Shown in pieces: positions 1 through 11,735 of a stretch of DNA of 64,000 nt; position 1 is the first letter of the stretch, and the number at the start of each line of letters is the position of its first letter. The notes under the pieces are model-generated. The model was given only the letters and a program-made list of their open reading frames with translations. It searched no databases and was not told the DNA's origin. Position numbers and translations under genes: made by a program. The DNA comes from Octopus bimaculoides. Its lineage: Eukaryota. Location: assembly GCF_001194135.2 (NCBI RefSeq), contig NC_068985.1, positions 116,022,136 through 116,086,135 on the forward strand. The letters run 5' to 3'.

Positions 1-69
<69 letters not shown>
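1..69. repeat. (TG)n microsatellite
   Basis: Near-perfect TG dinucleotide run at window start. Confidence 0.98.
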
Positions 70-72
<3 letters not shown>

Positions 73-259
73 ACCGAGTTGCCTCTCTTAGTTTCAGGAA
101 CAGAGTTCTGCAATATCTTGATGAGTATCATCCACGGGTGATTTGTTTATAGTGACCAAATATTTGTGCTATTCATTAGCTCCTTCCGTCCATCAAATTA
201 ACGTTGCCTGAACAGGTTCTTCCTGTACATCACGTCAGGTATCGAAATGACCAAAGAGG

Positions 260-361
260 AAAATGGGATGCAGTGTTTTGTTTAATTACACAACATAGCA
301 ACCGGTCCGGGAGTTGAAACAACAACCTCGCGATCGTGAGTGTAACACCATAGCCACTTGG
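260..361 (-). mobile_element. SINE family D, 5' tRNA-like head fragment
   Basis: Matches the 22205-22318 segment of the longer copy (cacaac...accgg...gaa...acctc(g/a)(c/t)gatcgtgag...ccact); reverse strand reads as a tRNA-like head. Confidence 0.6.
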
Positions 362-453
362 GTATGTGTCTACCCACAACGCATGATACATGCAAGAACG
401 CAAAGATTCAACTTAGTACAATATCTTTATTATCAGTTACAATTATTTCGGTA

Positions 454-484
<31 letters not shown>

Positions 485-1202
485 NNNNNNNNNNNNNNNN
501 NNNNNNNNNNNNNNNNNNNNNNNNNNNNNNNNNNNNNNNNNNNNNNNNNNNNNNNNNNNNNNNNNNNNNNNNNNNNNNNNNNNNNNNNNNNNNNNNNNNN
601 NNNNNNNNNNNNNNNNNNNNNNNNNNNNNNNNNNNNNNNNNNNNNNNNNNNNNNNNNNNNNNNNNNNNNNNNNNNNNNNNNNNNNNNNNNNNNNNNNNNN
701 NNNNNNNNNNNNNNNNNNNNNNNNNNNNNNNNNNNNNNNNNNNNNNNNNNNNNNNNNNNNNNNNNNNNNNNNNNNNNNNNNNNNNNNNNNNNNNNNNNNN
801 NNNNNNNNNNNNNNNNNNNNNNNNNNNNNNNNGTTTGTTGACATTTTTTTGTTTTTCTGTTTACAAATATATATATATATATACATGTTCACTTATGTGT
901 ATATGTACACATATGAAATGCATCATTTAATAAATATAATCTTAAGTTATTCACCATGTCTCAGTAACTTTCTTTTTGAACTACTGTGTTTGTACTTCCT
1001 GGCTAATACTCTGCACTTCATTCTTATTCACATTGAATTTATGTTAAATAATTATATCATGTGACTCGCAGTTACTGCTGTTAGTATTCTTATTTACTTC
1101 CATATGTTAGTCTTTCGGCTGTTCTTACCTGTAATTTCAATTCTAAACGTTATTGCATCTATCCGGCTCAGAGATATTCTGCATATTATTTCACATATGT
1201 TA

Positions 1203-1260
<58 letters not shown>

Positions 1261-1280
1261 CATCATCATCATCATCATCG

Positions 1281-1311
<31 letters not shown>

Positions 1312-1350
1312 CATCATCGTTGTTGTAGTTGTCGACGCCATCATTATTAT
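1203..1350. repeat. Compound (TTA)n/(CAT)n microsatellite
   Basis: Direct reading; source of poly-Y/H/L/S pseudo-ORFs. Confidence 0.97.
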
Positions 1351-1949
1351 TTGTTATATAAATCCGGTATTACTGCCCCGTTATTACAGTATTACAGATG
1401 AACTGCCTGTTAAGCAATGTAGTGTATGTTCGTGTTATGAGGTCATAAAACCGTTGTTTCAACATTACATATTATTGCGCTACATTTGATGTCATCACAT
1501 CCCCATATATATATATGAAAATATACATTGTTTGGCATTTCTTTATTAACATTGTTGGTATGGCACTTATTTGTTTGATATTAATGTCGTCACTGTTGAA
1601 GTTATAGCTGTTTGCATTTCTCTTAAACATCAGGAAACATTTGGTTATGTTTTCAGGAACGAGGCATACTTAAATACTTCTTCGTTACTCGAATCGTTTA
1701 TCGCATATAAATACCATTCGTTGAGTTGTTTGCCTTTTCACTTTTTCAGTGTTTAGTTTTGGTTTGTGATTTTAGGTGTTTTTTTATTTTTTTTAAATTT
1801 TTTTTTTACATATATATTATTCTAGTTGAGGAACGTTGATAATCTTAGCATACAGAAGCACCGAATAATATTCAAGGGACTAGAATGAAGGCCAGGTGTT
1901 TAATTGCACAATTTACACTCAAATGACGTTTCGCATGAACACTGAACAG

Positions 1950-2465
1950 CTACTGCTGCTGCTGCTGATGCTGCTGATGCTGATGCTGATGACGATGATA
2001 ATGATGATGATGATGGTGGTGGTGATGGTACGATGGTGAGCGTAATGGTAATTGCGGGAATGGTGNNNNNNNNNNNNNNNNNNNNNNNNNNNNNNNNNNN
2101 NNNNNNNNNNNNNNNNNNNNNNNNNNNNNNNNNNNNNNNNNNNNNNNNNNNNNNNNNNNNNNNNNNNNNNNNNNNNNNNNNNNNNNNNNNNNNNNNNNNN
2201 NNNNNNNNNNNNNNNNNNNNNNNNNNNNNNNNNNNNNNNNNNNNNNNNNNNNNNNNNNNNNNNNNNNNNNNNNNTCACCACCATCAAAACTAACGCAACT
2301 ACTGGTGTTTCTGCTGCCATTACTGAAGATGATGATGATGATGATGATGATAATGATGATGATGATGAGGAGGAGGAGGAGGAGGAGGAGGAGGAGGATG
2401 ATGATGATGATGATGACGATGACGACGACGATGTTAATGACGATGATGATGATGATGATGATGAT
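1950..2465. repeat. Compound (GCT/GAT/GGT/GAG)n microsatellite spanning an N-gap
   Basis: Direct reading; gap 2066-2274. Confidence 0.95.
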
Positions 2466-2469
2466 TTCA

Positions 2470-2607
2470 AATTTTGGCATTGCGGCCAGCAATTTGAGTG
2501 AAGTTGTATAGTCGATTAGATCGGCCCCAGTATTCAACTGGTACTTATTTTATCGACCCCGAAAGGATAAAAGTGAAAGTCGACATGAGCTGAATTATAT
2601 GATAATA

Positions 2608-2652
<45 letters not shown>

Positions 2653-2990
2653 GCAATAATCCTTTGTATTATAGGCACAAGGCCTGAAAATGTCGGGGAG
2701 GAGACTAGTCGATTACATTGACCCCAGCTTTTCACTGGAACTTAATTCACCGAACCCGAAACAATAAAAGGCAAAGTCGACCTCAGTGGAATTTGAAACT
2801 CATTGCTCAGTGTGCTAACGATTCTGCCAGCTCAACTACATCAACACCAGTATTTGACTGGTACGTATTTTATCGGCCTCAAAAAGACGAAAGGAGAAGA
2901 TGGCCTCCGTGGAATTTGAAGAACGTGAACATGAACAAAATAGTGCAAAATATGTTTGCGGACGCGGTGACGATTCTGCCCGATCACCTT
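2470..2990 (-). mobile_element. Three head-to-tail SINE A fragments (approx. 2470-2597, 2655-2832, 2843-2990) with an (AAT)n tail tract at 2603-2660
   Basis: Each carries the family core tttatcgaccccgaaaggatgaaaggcaaagtcgac / ggaatttgaac in the same orientation. Confidence 0.85.
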
Positions 2991-3094
2991 GTTAGACTCC
3001 CTTCAGTCACAAATTACGGTAGGATTGCATCTAGAATGTTCCTCTCCGAAGTACAAGTCAGGGCTAGTTTTAATTAATTTTTTTTTTTTTTTCA

Positions 3095-3216
3095 TTTATG
3101 TCGCAACTCATTTCTACATATCAGTGAACTGCAGCAACGAGAAATGAAGTGTCTTGCTGAAGATCACAACGCTCAGCTCGGTTCGGGAATCAAACTAACA
3201 ACATCACGATTGTAAG
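3095..3216 (-). mobile_element. SINE family D fragment
   Basis: gtcgcaactcattt...gtgaactg..gcaacg...aagtgtcttgct...cacaac is shared with 22175-22250. Confidence 0.7.
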
Positions 3217-3219
3217 CCC

Positions 3220-3287
3220 GACGACGACGACGACGACGACGACAACTGCAGTGATGATGGTGGGGGTGATGATGATGATGATGATGA

Positions 3288-3320
<33 letters not shown>

Positions 3321-3402
3321 TGATGATGGTGATGATGACGACCACGAAGACGACGACAACGATGCTGTCGACAACGATGACGATGATGATGATGATGATT
3401 AT
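3220..3402. repeat. (GAC/GAT)n microsatellite
   Basis: Direct reading. Confidence 0.95.
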
Positions 3403-4179
3403 TATACAATCTTGTTATATTTTGACATCCTAAATAATCCTGCTCGGACTTCAAAATTCCGCTTCCAATTAGCCCACTCTGCATCCGTGACGATTGGTCA
3501 ATCAGATTCGCGCTTAATCAAAGGAAAGTATTTGCGAACCCTCATCCTAAACCGTTTAAAACATCAAGTAAACAAACAGGAACCATATCCGTGATAAAAT
3601 TTATATCCACTATCGTCGTCAACAAATTTATCATTGAAGATCATTTTAACAGTTTGACTGGAGACCATATTTGAACCTTCGATACGTCCTTTCAACTCCA
3701 TCATTGAAGTAATGATCATTACCTGGAAACACTCGCGTAGTCCTTTAGACGCTTTGTTGCATGTAAAGTGACGAAAATGATAAGGAACATTGCCAAAAAT
3801 TGCTTCATATCTACAATTGGTCTAATCTAAATTGATGTGCATGTTCAAAGTGATCTTCAAACAGAAGCCCTCATAAACTCAAATTCCGAAAGATCAGTAT
3901 TCCCTCTGTCTATCTGTCTCTCTATATCGCTCTCACCTCTCTCACTCTCTCTGCCTGTCTCCGTCTNNNNNNNNNNTCACTCTCTCTGCCTGTCTCCGTC
4001 TCTGTCTCGGTCTCGGTGCCTTTCTCTCACTCTCTCTCTCTCATTGTCTATCTATCTATTTCTGTCTCACCTGTCTCTCTCTGACCATGCTTCGCTCTCT
4101 CGTTCAGACACATATAGCTTCCAGGATTTATTTCCTCTTCCTCCAATAGCTTACCAACAAACACTGCCTTCATCAATAA

Positions 4180-4581
4180 CAGCTGCGGTTGCGTACTGAA
4201 GTAGCATAATTTCGAACCGCGTGGTCTTGGGTTCACACCCTCACCGCAGTAACATTGGGAAAGTGTCTTCTACAATTGCTTCGGGTTGACCAAAGTCTTG
4301 TGAACGGATTTTGTAGATAAAAACAAAAAGAAGCCGCGTGCTTACAGAAATGTTGGCACGTCGGGCGAAATGCTTAGCGGTATTCCGCCTGACTTTATGT
4401 TCTGAGTTCAAATTCCGCCGAGGTCGACTTTGCCTTTCATCCTTTCGGGGTCGTTAAATTAAGTACCAGTTACGCACTGAGGTCGATGTAATCGACTTAA
4501 TCCCTTTGTCTGTCCTTGTTTGTCCCCTCTATGTTTAGCCCCTTGTGGGCAATAAAGAAATAAGAATCTAAAAGAAGCCCA

Positions 4582-4616
<35 letters not shown>

Positions 4617-4870
4617 TGTGTGTGCGTGTGTGTGTGTGAATGCGAAAGGACGTGGAAGCGTGTTTTCTCGTTTATTTTAGTATGTTATCTGTCCTCCTTC
4701 ACCGCTTGACGGGGAGTGTTAACTTACTTTATGTCCCAGTAACTTAGCAATGGAAACTGATTGAATAAGTACAACATTTTTAGCAACGAAAAAAAAACCG
4801 TAATGGATTCCATTTGCTCGACTACACCCTTGAAGGAAACTGCATCCCAGTGAATAACATAAATAAGAGA
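4180..4870 (+). mobile_element. Degenerate SINE family C (CORE-like, internal (TG)n) interrupted by a SINE A copy
   Basis: tRNA-like head; ggaaagtgtcttctac...gaccaaagtcttgtga...aagaagcc core; internal TG tract at 4585-4640; gtcccagtaacttag segment. Confidence 0.7.
4345..4566 (+). mobile_element. SINE A, young-tail subfamily
   Basis: B-box gttcaaattcc, core gtcgactttgcctttcatcctttcggggtcg, tail atccctttgtctgtccttgtttgtcccctctatgtttagccccttgtgggcaataaagaaataag. Confidence 0.92.
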
Positions 4871-4979
4871 TAAATGATAAAATGCACAAGTAAACTGAGT
4901 TATACATTTGGCTCCCTCAGAACAAGGAAACCTGTCTGGAAACATTTCATACTCCTTAAAACATGTTAGCAACATAACA

Positions 4980-5175
4980 GTTTCAGATTTTGGCACAAAG
5001 CCCGAAAATTCGGGGGAAAGAGTGTGCCTATTGTAACGACTCCTGTACTCAACTGGTACTTATTTTATCGACCCCGAAAAAATAAAAGGCGAATTCGATG
5101 TCGGTGGAGTTTGAACTCAGAAAGGAAATACGGACGAAATACCGTTAAGTATTCTCGCCCGCGTGCTAAGGATTC
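4980..5175 (-). mobile_element. SINE A, old-tail subfamily
   Basis: tttggcacaaagcccgaaaatt...aactggtacttattttatcgaccccg...gagtttgaactcaga. Confidence 0.85.
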
Positions 5176-5827
5176 TACCAACACGCAGCCTTGTATGCTA
5201 GCAGCATATTAGGAACTAATATAAAGAGCTGGAAATTATATGAAGATGGAATTGCCACAATTGTAGAGTTCCTAATCATTGGACTGATCGATAGGGATTA
5301 CACTAAGCTACACATCAACAACTAGAACATGTAATAGAAACGGCATATTCGTTTTAGAAAGGGAAAGGGAGATGACATACTTTGAACGGATTATAGATAA
5401 TCTGGGAGAATTTCTCAGTTCACGATTGAAGCGCTTGGGTTTCATTTTATGATGACAACGAAAACATTACGTATGTATGTATACCGAAATAACTCACCCT
5501 ATACATGGCGTGCCTCTGTATGTGGATTTATGCACGTGCATATATATATANNNNNNNNNNNNNNNNNNNNNNNNNNNNNNNNNNNNNNNNNNNNNNNNNN
5601 NNNNNNNNNNNNNNNNNNNNNNNNNNNNNNNNNNNNNNNNNNNNNNNNNNNNNNNNNNNNNNNNNNNNNNNNNNNNNNNNNNNNNNNNNNNNNNNNNNNN
5701 NNNNNNNNNNNNNNNNNNNNNNNNNNNNNNNNNNNNNNNNNNNNNNNNNNNNNNNNNNNNNNNNNNNNNNNNNNNNNNNNNNNNNNNNNNNNNNNNNNNN
5801 NNNNNNNNNNNNNNNNNNNNNNNNNNN

Positions 5828-5957
5828 GTTTTTAACTTTAAAATTTTCATATTCAAAAGAGACAGAGACTTCAAACTCTATAGAGTGGTGAATAAATCGA
5901 TATATCGAGTTTGAAGTCTCTGTCTTTTTTGAATATGAAAATTGAAAAGTTAAAAAC
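5828..5957. repeat. Inverted repeat, 51-nt arms (3 mismatches), 28-nt spacer; MITE-like
   Basis: 5828-5878 is the reverse complement of 5907-5957 apart from 3 substitutions. Confidence 0.85.
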
Positions 5958-7063
5958 CTTATAATATAAATATAAACTGTGAGAACGACCCTTAAGGTAT
6001 CTAGTTAATGATCCCCTAAGGTAAGTTCTTATGCTATATTGGTAACGGTTGCTACATCCTCTGAAAAATTATTATAATATATATATATATATATATGCCC
6101 TTATTGACCATTATATTTTTCAAACATTTGTTTATTTTTTATTCTGTTCTTCTAGCTTCACCATTCGTTCCAAATTACATCTACACTGTGTTAACTTGTG
6201 ATTCTGAAATGGTAATGTAACCTTCATGTAATTAAGATATCCTCAGTGATGAGTACCCCTCATTATGTAATGACTACATCAGAGGATCTGCTGATACGGA
6301 AATATATGTAGCCTAGATTTTACCTGTCACACTCCCTCGGCTATATATTTTCGTTTTGGAATTAGTTCTCGGAGAACATCAATACTATGAGTAATAGGAT
6401 GTAGATCTTGAGTTGAAGAAATGTTTTTGGATAGAAAGACTCAACGGCCGTCAATGGAACTGGAACTCACATCTCCTCCAGTCATGACACCGAGTCCTAC
6501 AGACAACCTTCGACTTTTTCAGCCGATATTTAAATGCAGCATTGATGTGCGTCGAGAATCAATTAAAAGAAATATATATATATATATATATATANNNNNN
6601 NNNNNNNNNNNNNNNNNNNNNNNNNNNNNNNNNNNNNNNNNNNNNNNNNNNNNNNNNNNNNNNNNNNNNNNNNNNNNNNNNNNNNNNNNNNNNNNNNNNN
6701 NNNNNNNNNNNNNNNNNNNNNNNNNNNNNNNNNNNNNNNNNNNNNNNNNNNNNNNNNNNNNNNNNNNNNNNNNNNNNNNNNNNNNNNNNNNNNNNNNNNN
6801 NNNNNNNNNNNNNNNNNNNNNNNNNNNNNNNNNNNNNNNNNNNNNNNNNNNNNNNNNNNNNNNNNNNNNNNNNNNNNNNNNNNNNNNNNNNNNNNNNNNN
6901 NNNNNNNNNNNNNNNNNNNNNNNNNNNNNNNNNNNNNNNNNNNNNNNNNNNNNNNNNNNNNNNNNNNNNNNNNNNNNNNNNNNNNNNNNNNNNNNNNNNN
7001 NNNNNNNNNNNNNNNNNNNNNNGCGTCTTTGTATTAAAAAAACTATGAATAAGCCATGAAGAA

Positions 7064-7103
<40 letters not shown>

Positions 7104-7584
7104 GTTTATCAATTCGTTTTGCAAGTTTCCTGGTGTGAAATCGTGGGTCGAAACAGATATTGTTGTATTTCTGAATGGTGTGGTGTTGCGTGTTACTGTT
7201 CCATGCATTTTATTTACTAAAAAAGAAAACAGAAATAGAGTAACAGTTCCTGTATTCCTCTGTGTATGTGTATTCGTCCATGGCGTTGCGATCGCGGTAG
7301 TTGTTGTTGTTGCTATTGCTATCGTCGGCACCGCCGCTGCTGCTGACCGTGTTAGTTGTGTTGTTGACATCATATGGCCGTTTCATGTGTGTGTGTTTGT
7401 GTGTGTATTGGTTTGCTTTGTATCTATCCATGCTCTTTATATAGTTTTTTTTTTTACTTATATTATCTGCCTCTGCCTTACAATCCTCACAGGTATGTGG
7501 CAGATATATTTATATATCTATTTATCTATTCATGTTGAACTTAGCGTTGTTTCACAATCGCTGCGTTCTTTTGAACAGGGTACT

Positions 7585-8440
7585 TAGAGACCATGGGTTT
7601 GGCATAATGATAGTGTAGGATCTAGACCTTACCCTTCTTCGTTTCTAGCCAGAGTTCAATGTCTAAAACGGGTAATATAGAGTTAGGGTGCTTACTAGGG
7701 TAGACTATCGTTATTTTTATACTCTGGTGGATGGAGATGGTTAATTGCTGGATGCTCTCCATGGTGTTAGCTTCTAGATCATCAACATTGTATTGTAAGG
7801 GTGCTCTGGTTACTGTGTTGATATCGTCGACATAGCGGTAGTAAAAAGGGTTGGTTAATTGAGTTCTCTGCTAATTTCTCTTTAGGTTTCCTATCCACCA
7901 TGCCACATCGTCAGCAATACTGACACCTATGGCTGCACCTCCCTCTCGGAAGGTGTATCTTGTTATTAAACTTAAATATATGGCCTTCGAGTGTGGTCTT
8001 GGCACTCGCGCCCACCGCATGTGCGACCATCTTTTTAAGATGATCATTATTTTCGGAGGTCCGTATAGCACTGGTCCACCCGTTGCATCTCTCTTTAGAG
8101 GAGGGTCTTCTTGGCCATAGAAGTTACAGTGGGGTTTCAACCTCTTACCGATCTAGTGGGGCAGAAACAACTAAGGTCATGTTTATCTAAGTACTCATTG
8201 TCGCATGTCAGTCTCAGGAGGTAACTTGCTTCTTTAGTGTCAACACCAACCGAAGCCACATCACTCTCACTGATCACCTCCACACATTTTTCCACAGCAA
8301 AATCAACGTCAATGTATGTGTTTAGGAACACTACGTCCATACTCCCTATTATGCATCCCGTCAAGTCGTGGGCATCCATGATATGTATTCTTTTTCTGTT
8401 CATTTGTTTGCAGCTGTTTTTCAGTTCTATGAAAGTAAGC
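7585..8440 (-). mobile_element. Penelope-like retroelement RT remnant (frameshifted)
   Basis: Minus-strand peptides IIGSMDVV..IDVDFAVEKC, REGGAAIG, FYYRYVDDI, YPSKHPNSILPVLDIELW, HYAKPMVSK match PLE RT motifs in order. Confidence 0.8.
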
Positions 8441-8954
8441 CAGTAAATCGTGAATGTACTTTTACATTGTTATCACAGATTATATGGTTCTCTGTAGAAA
8501 AACAAAGGTATAAACAACTAAACAATGTGTACATAGCAGGATAACAAAACGTGTTATAACTTCTTATAAATACCTCTCACGTTACGTGCATTTCATTTGT
8601 CTCTCACTTTAACATCCGATTTATGTATACTAATATATATATACAGACACACGCTCACACACACGCACACACACACGAGTAGGTATTACTTGAAACGGTA
8701 ATGAATTTGTAAGTATATAGATACTTATTTTATTAATTACCAACTTCCTTTAGAGCTATATATGTTAGTACCATTGCTCTTTGTAGCTGGAGAAATGGTT
8801 TTCCGTAATGTTTTAAAGCGCTAGTATTGATCAAAATATAAACATTTATGTCACTTATTGAATACAAATATAGATAGTGGTTATTTGAAATTTACCCAAA
8901 GGAAACCTTAATATCAGCTGAACTACAAACACATTGGCATGTGATATTTATTTT

Positions 8955-9210
8955 CGTTTATCTTTTATCTTTTACATATTTCAGTCATTGCATTGTGGCC
9001 ATGCTGGGGCACGGCCTTGATGTGATTTAGTCGAATAACTCGACCCTAGTAATTACACCGTTTTACGTCTGGTGCTTATTCTATTGGACCCTTTTGCCGT
9101 AATGCATAACAACGGGGACGCAAACAAACCAACTCTGGTTGTCACGTGTTGTTGGGAGAAAAAAACATAGATACAAAAAGGCACAGACACACACACACAC
9201 ACACAAATAC
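8955..9210 (-). mobile_element. SINE C 3' half
   Basis: tttcagtcattgcattgtggccatgctggggcac tail; ggggacgcaaacaaaccaac; adjoining (CA)n. Confidence 0.75.
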
Positions 9211-10083
9211 ATATACATATACATACATGGTACATGCTTTCATGTATTTCTGTGTTTATGAAATTCACTCAAAAGGCATTGATCTGATTGGAGTTATAGT
9301 ACATGTTACTTGACCAAGTCACTACGCCGTGGAACTCAGCTCAACCGATGTAGCTGCATAGCAGGAATCTAAACTTCACAGCTATTGCAGTTTCAAATTT
9401 CTACTTTCTTTCATCCGGGAGTTAAGAAATTATATACCAGTCAAGAAATCAGGATCATGTATACTATAATCTTCTTCCTCCTCAATGCTACAATTACGCA
9501 TAATTGTAAATATATAGTAGATGACATTACCAGTGGAACACCAGAAGATATGATGCGGCATAATCCGTTCTCTCAGATCAGCATTTTCGACGTTGAAACG
9601 TAATTTCAATGGAATGTAAACAATTTCTACAAAATAGGCCCCTGGGGTAAACACTTCATGGTCGACTTCTCCGTGGATATTTCAAATCTTAAGTCAATTC
9701 CAATTAAAAACATTCTGCAAATGTATCCCTTCCCCGTTCGGAGTAACCACAACAACAACAACAACATCATTGCAGCATTTAGTAACGCTCCTTTAGATTA
9801 TTAACAGTAAAATTCCGCTGGGAACGATTTTGTCGTTCACCTTTCATGGGTTACAGAAAGTGCACTTCTAATATCCCGTTTTAATTACACCTATGCAAAA
9901 CTCTATTTTCCTCAATGAGTCCTTTTGCCGGTTTCAGACAATAGTATCTCTTTGTAATTTCTATACAAATATACAACGAGATACTCTTAGTATCTCTTTG
10001 TTTCCCCACCTCATCCATATCTCTTCACGCGTATGCATCGTATACATGTACATTTGTACGTACATGGAAACACATACACACAG

Positions 10084-10094
10084 TAATAATAATG

Positions 10095-10156
<62 letters not shown>

Positions 10157-10258
10157 AAGAAGAAGAAAAAGAAGAAGAAGGAGAAGAAGAAGAAGAAGAA
10201 GAACAAGAAGAAGAAGAAGAAGAAGAAGGAGAAGAAGAAGAAGAAGAAGAAGAAGAAG

Positions 10259-10290
<32 letters not shown>

Positions 10291-10355
10291 GAAGGAGAAG
10301 GACAAGAAGAAGAAGAAGAACAAGAACAAGAAGAACAACAACAACAACATCAACA
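10084..10355. repeat. (AAT)n-(GAA)n-(CAA)n compound microsatellite
   Basis: Direct reading. Confidence 0.97.
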
Positions 10356-10436
10356 AGGAAAAAAAGATGCATCTTATATATATATACATATATATACATA
10401 TATATACACACACATATATATATATATATGCATATG

Positions 10437-10484
<48 letters not shown>

Positions 10485-10499
10485 CGATAACCTTACAAA

Positions 10500-10990
10500 A
10501 ATCTCCTACTATAGCCTCGGTCCAACCAAAGACCTGTCAGTGGATTTGGAAGATGGAAACGAAANNNNNNNNNNNNNNNNNNNNNNNNNNNNNNNNNNNN
10601 NNNNNNNNNNNNNNNNNNNNNNNNNNNNNNNNNNNNNNNNNNNNNNNNNNNNNNNNNNNNNNNNNNNNNNNNNNNNNNNNNNNNNNNNNNNNNNNNNNNN
10701 NNNNNNNNNNNNNNNNNNNNNNNNNNNNNNNNNNNNNNNNNNNNNNNNNNNNNNNNNNNNNNNNNNNNNNNNNNNNNNNNNNNNNNNNNNNNNNNNNNNT
10801 GTGTGTGTGTGTGTGTGTGTGTGTGTATGGATGCGTGTGTGTGTATGGATGTGTGTGTTTGTACCCTTGCCGTCGCTTGACAACCGATGCTATTCTGTTT
10901 ATGTCCCCGTAACTTAATGGTTCGGCTAAGAAGACATTAAGGTGGTGTTCTAGCATGGCCACAGTCAAATGGTTGGAACAAATAAAAGAA
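10500..10990 (+). mobile_element. SINE C with N-gap in its internal microsatellite
   Basis: ctactatagcctcgg..ccaaagac...ggaaac before the gap; gcttgacaaccgatgct...gtccccgtaactta...ggtggtgttctagcatggccacagtcaaatg after it. Confidence 0.85.
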
Positions 10991-11049
10991 TCAAAGTATA
11001 AAGGTTAAGCTTCGCCTAAAGTTTGGAAAATATATATATATATATATAT

Positions 11050-11350
11050 TCTCTGTGGAGGCATATGCTTCCCAATCACTTGGTTCCAGTTTCAGTCCCC
11101 CTGCGTGGCATTTGTGAGTCGATTTCGTTGATGGAAACTGATAGAAGGTCGTTGTAAATATCTACATGTGTGTGTGTGTATGTATTTGCGTCTGTTTGTC
11201 CACCACCACAACTTGACCACCGTTGTTGGCGTATTTACGTCAACGTAGATGACCAAATAATACTTGGGTCGATTCGTTGAACTAAAATTCTTCACTTCAG
11301 TGCATTACTCCAGCATGGCCTCAGTCTAAAGAGTGATACAAGTATAAGAT
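11050..11350 (+). mobile_element. SINE C, internally deleted
   Basis: ttcagtcccctgcgtggca head; ggaaactgatagaagg; internal TG; tail ctccagcatggcctcagtc. Confidence 0.8.
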
Positions 11351-11529
11351 AAAATATACACACACACACACACACACTCACATACACACCTACACACACA
11401 CACACACACATGTATGCATGATTGGTTGGACGACTGAATGGCTAAGCAGATTTATAGAAGGATGGATGGATGGATGGATGGATGGATGGATGGATGGATG
11501 GATGGGCAGGTGCATGGGGGGATAGAAAC

Positions 11530-11735
11530 ATGTCTATGTGTTTGTGCTCGTACTGTACCTCTACAACACATGGCAACTCTTATTGGTTTGTTTCTGCCAC
11601 CGTAACTTAGTGGTTCGATAAACGAGAAGATGGAAGCATTACCACTCGCTAGAATATCGACTAAAACCTGATTTGTAGTGCTCCAGCATGGCCGGATAGA
11701 CGCAGGTGAATGACTGAAATAAATAAATGATAAAA
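11530..11735 (+). mobile_element. SINE C 3' half
   Basis: ccgtaacttagtggttcg...gtgctccagcatggcc...gactgaaataaataa. Confidence 0.75.

Noticed and set aside
6300-6570. Short ORF MFLDRKTQRPSMELELTSPP... and several splice-like sites on both strands
   Set aside because: ORF length is inflated by the gap; tested exon frames hit stops.
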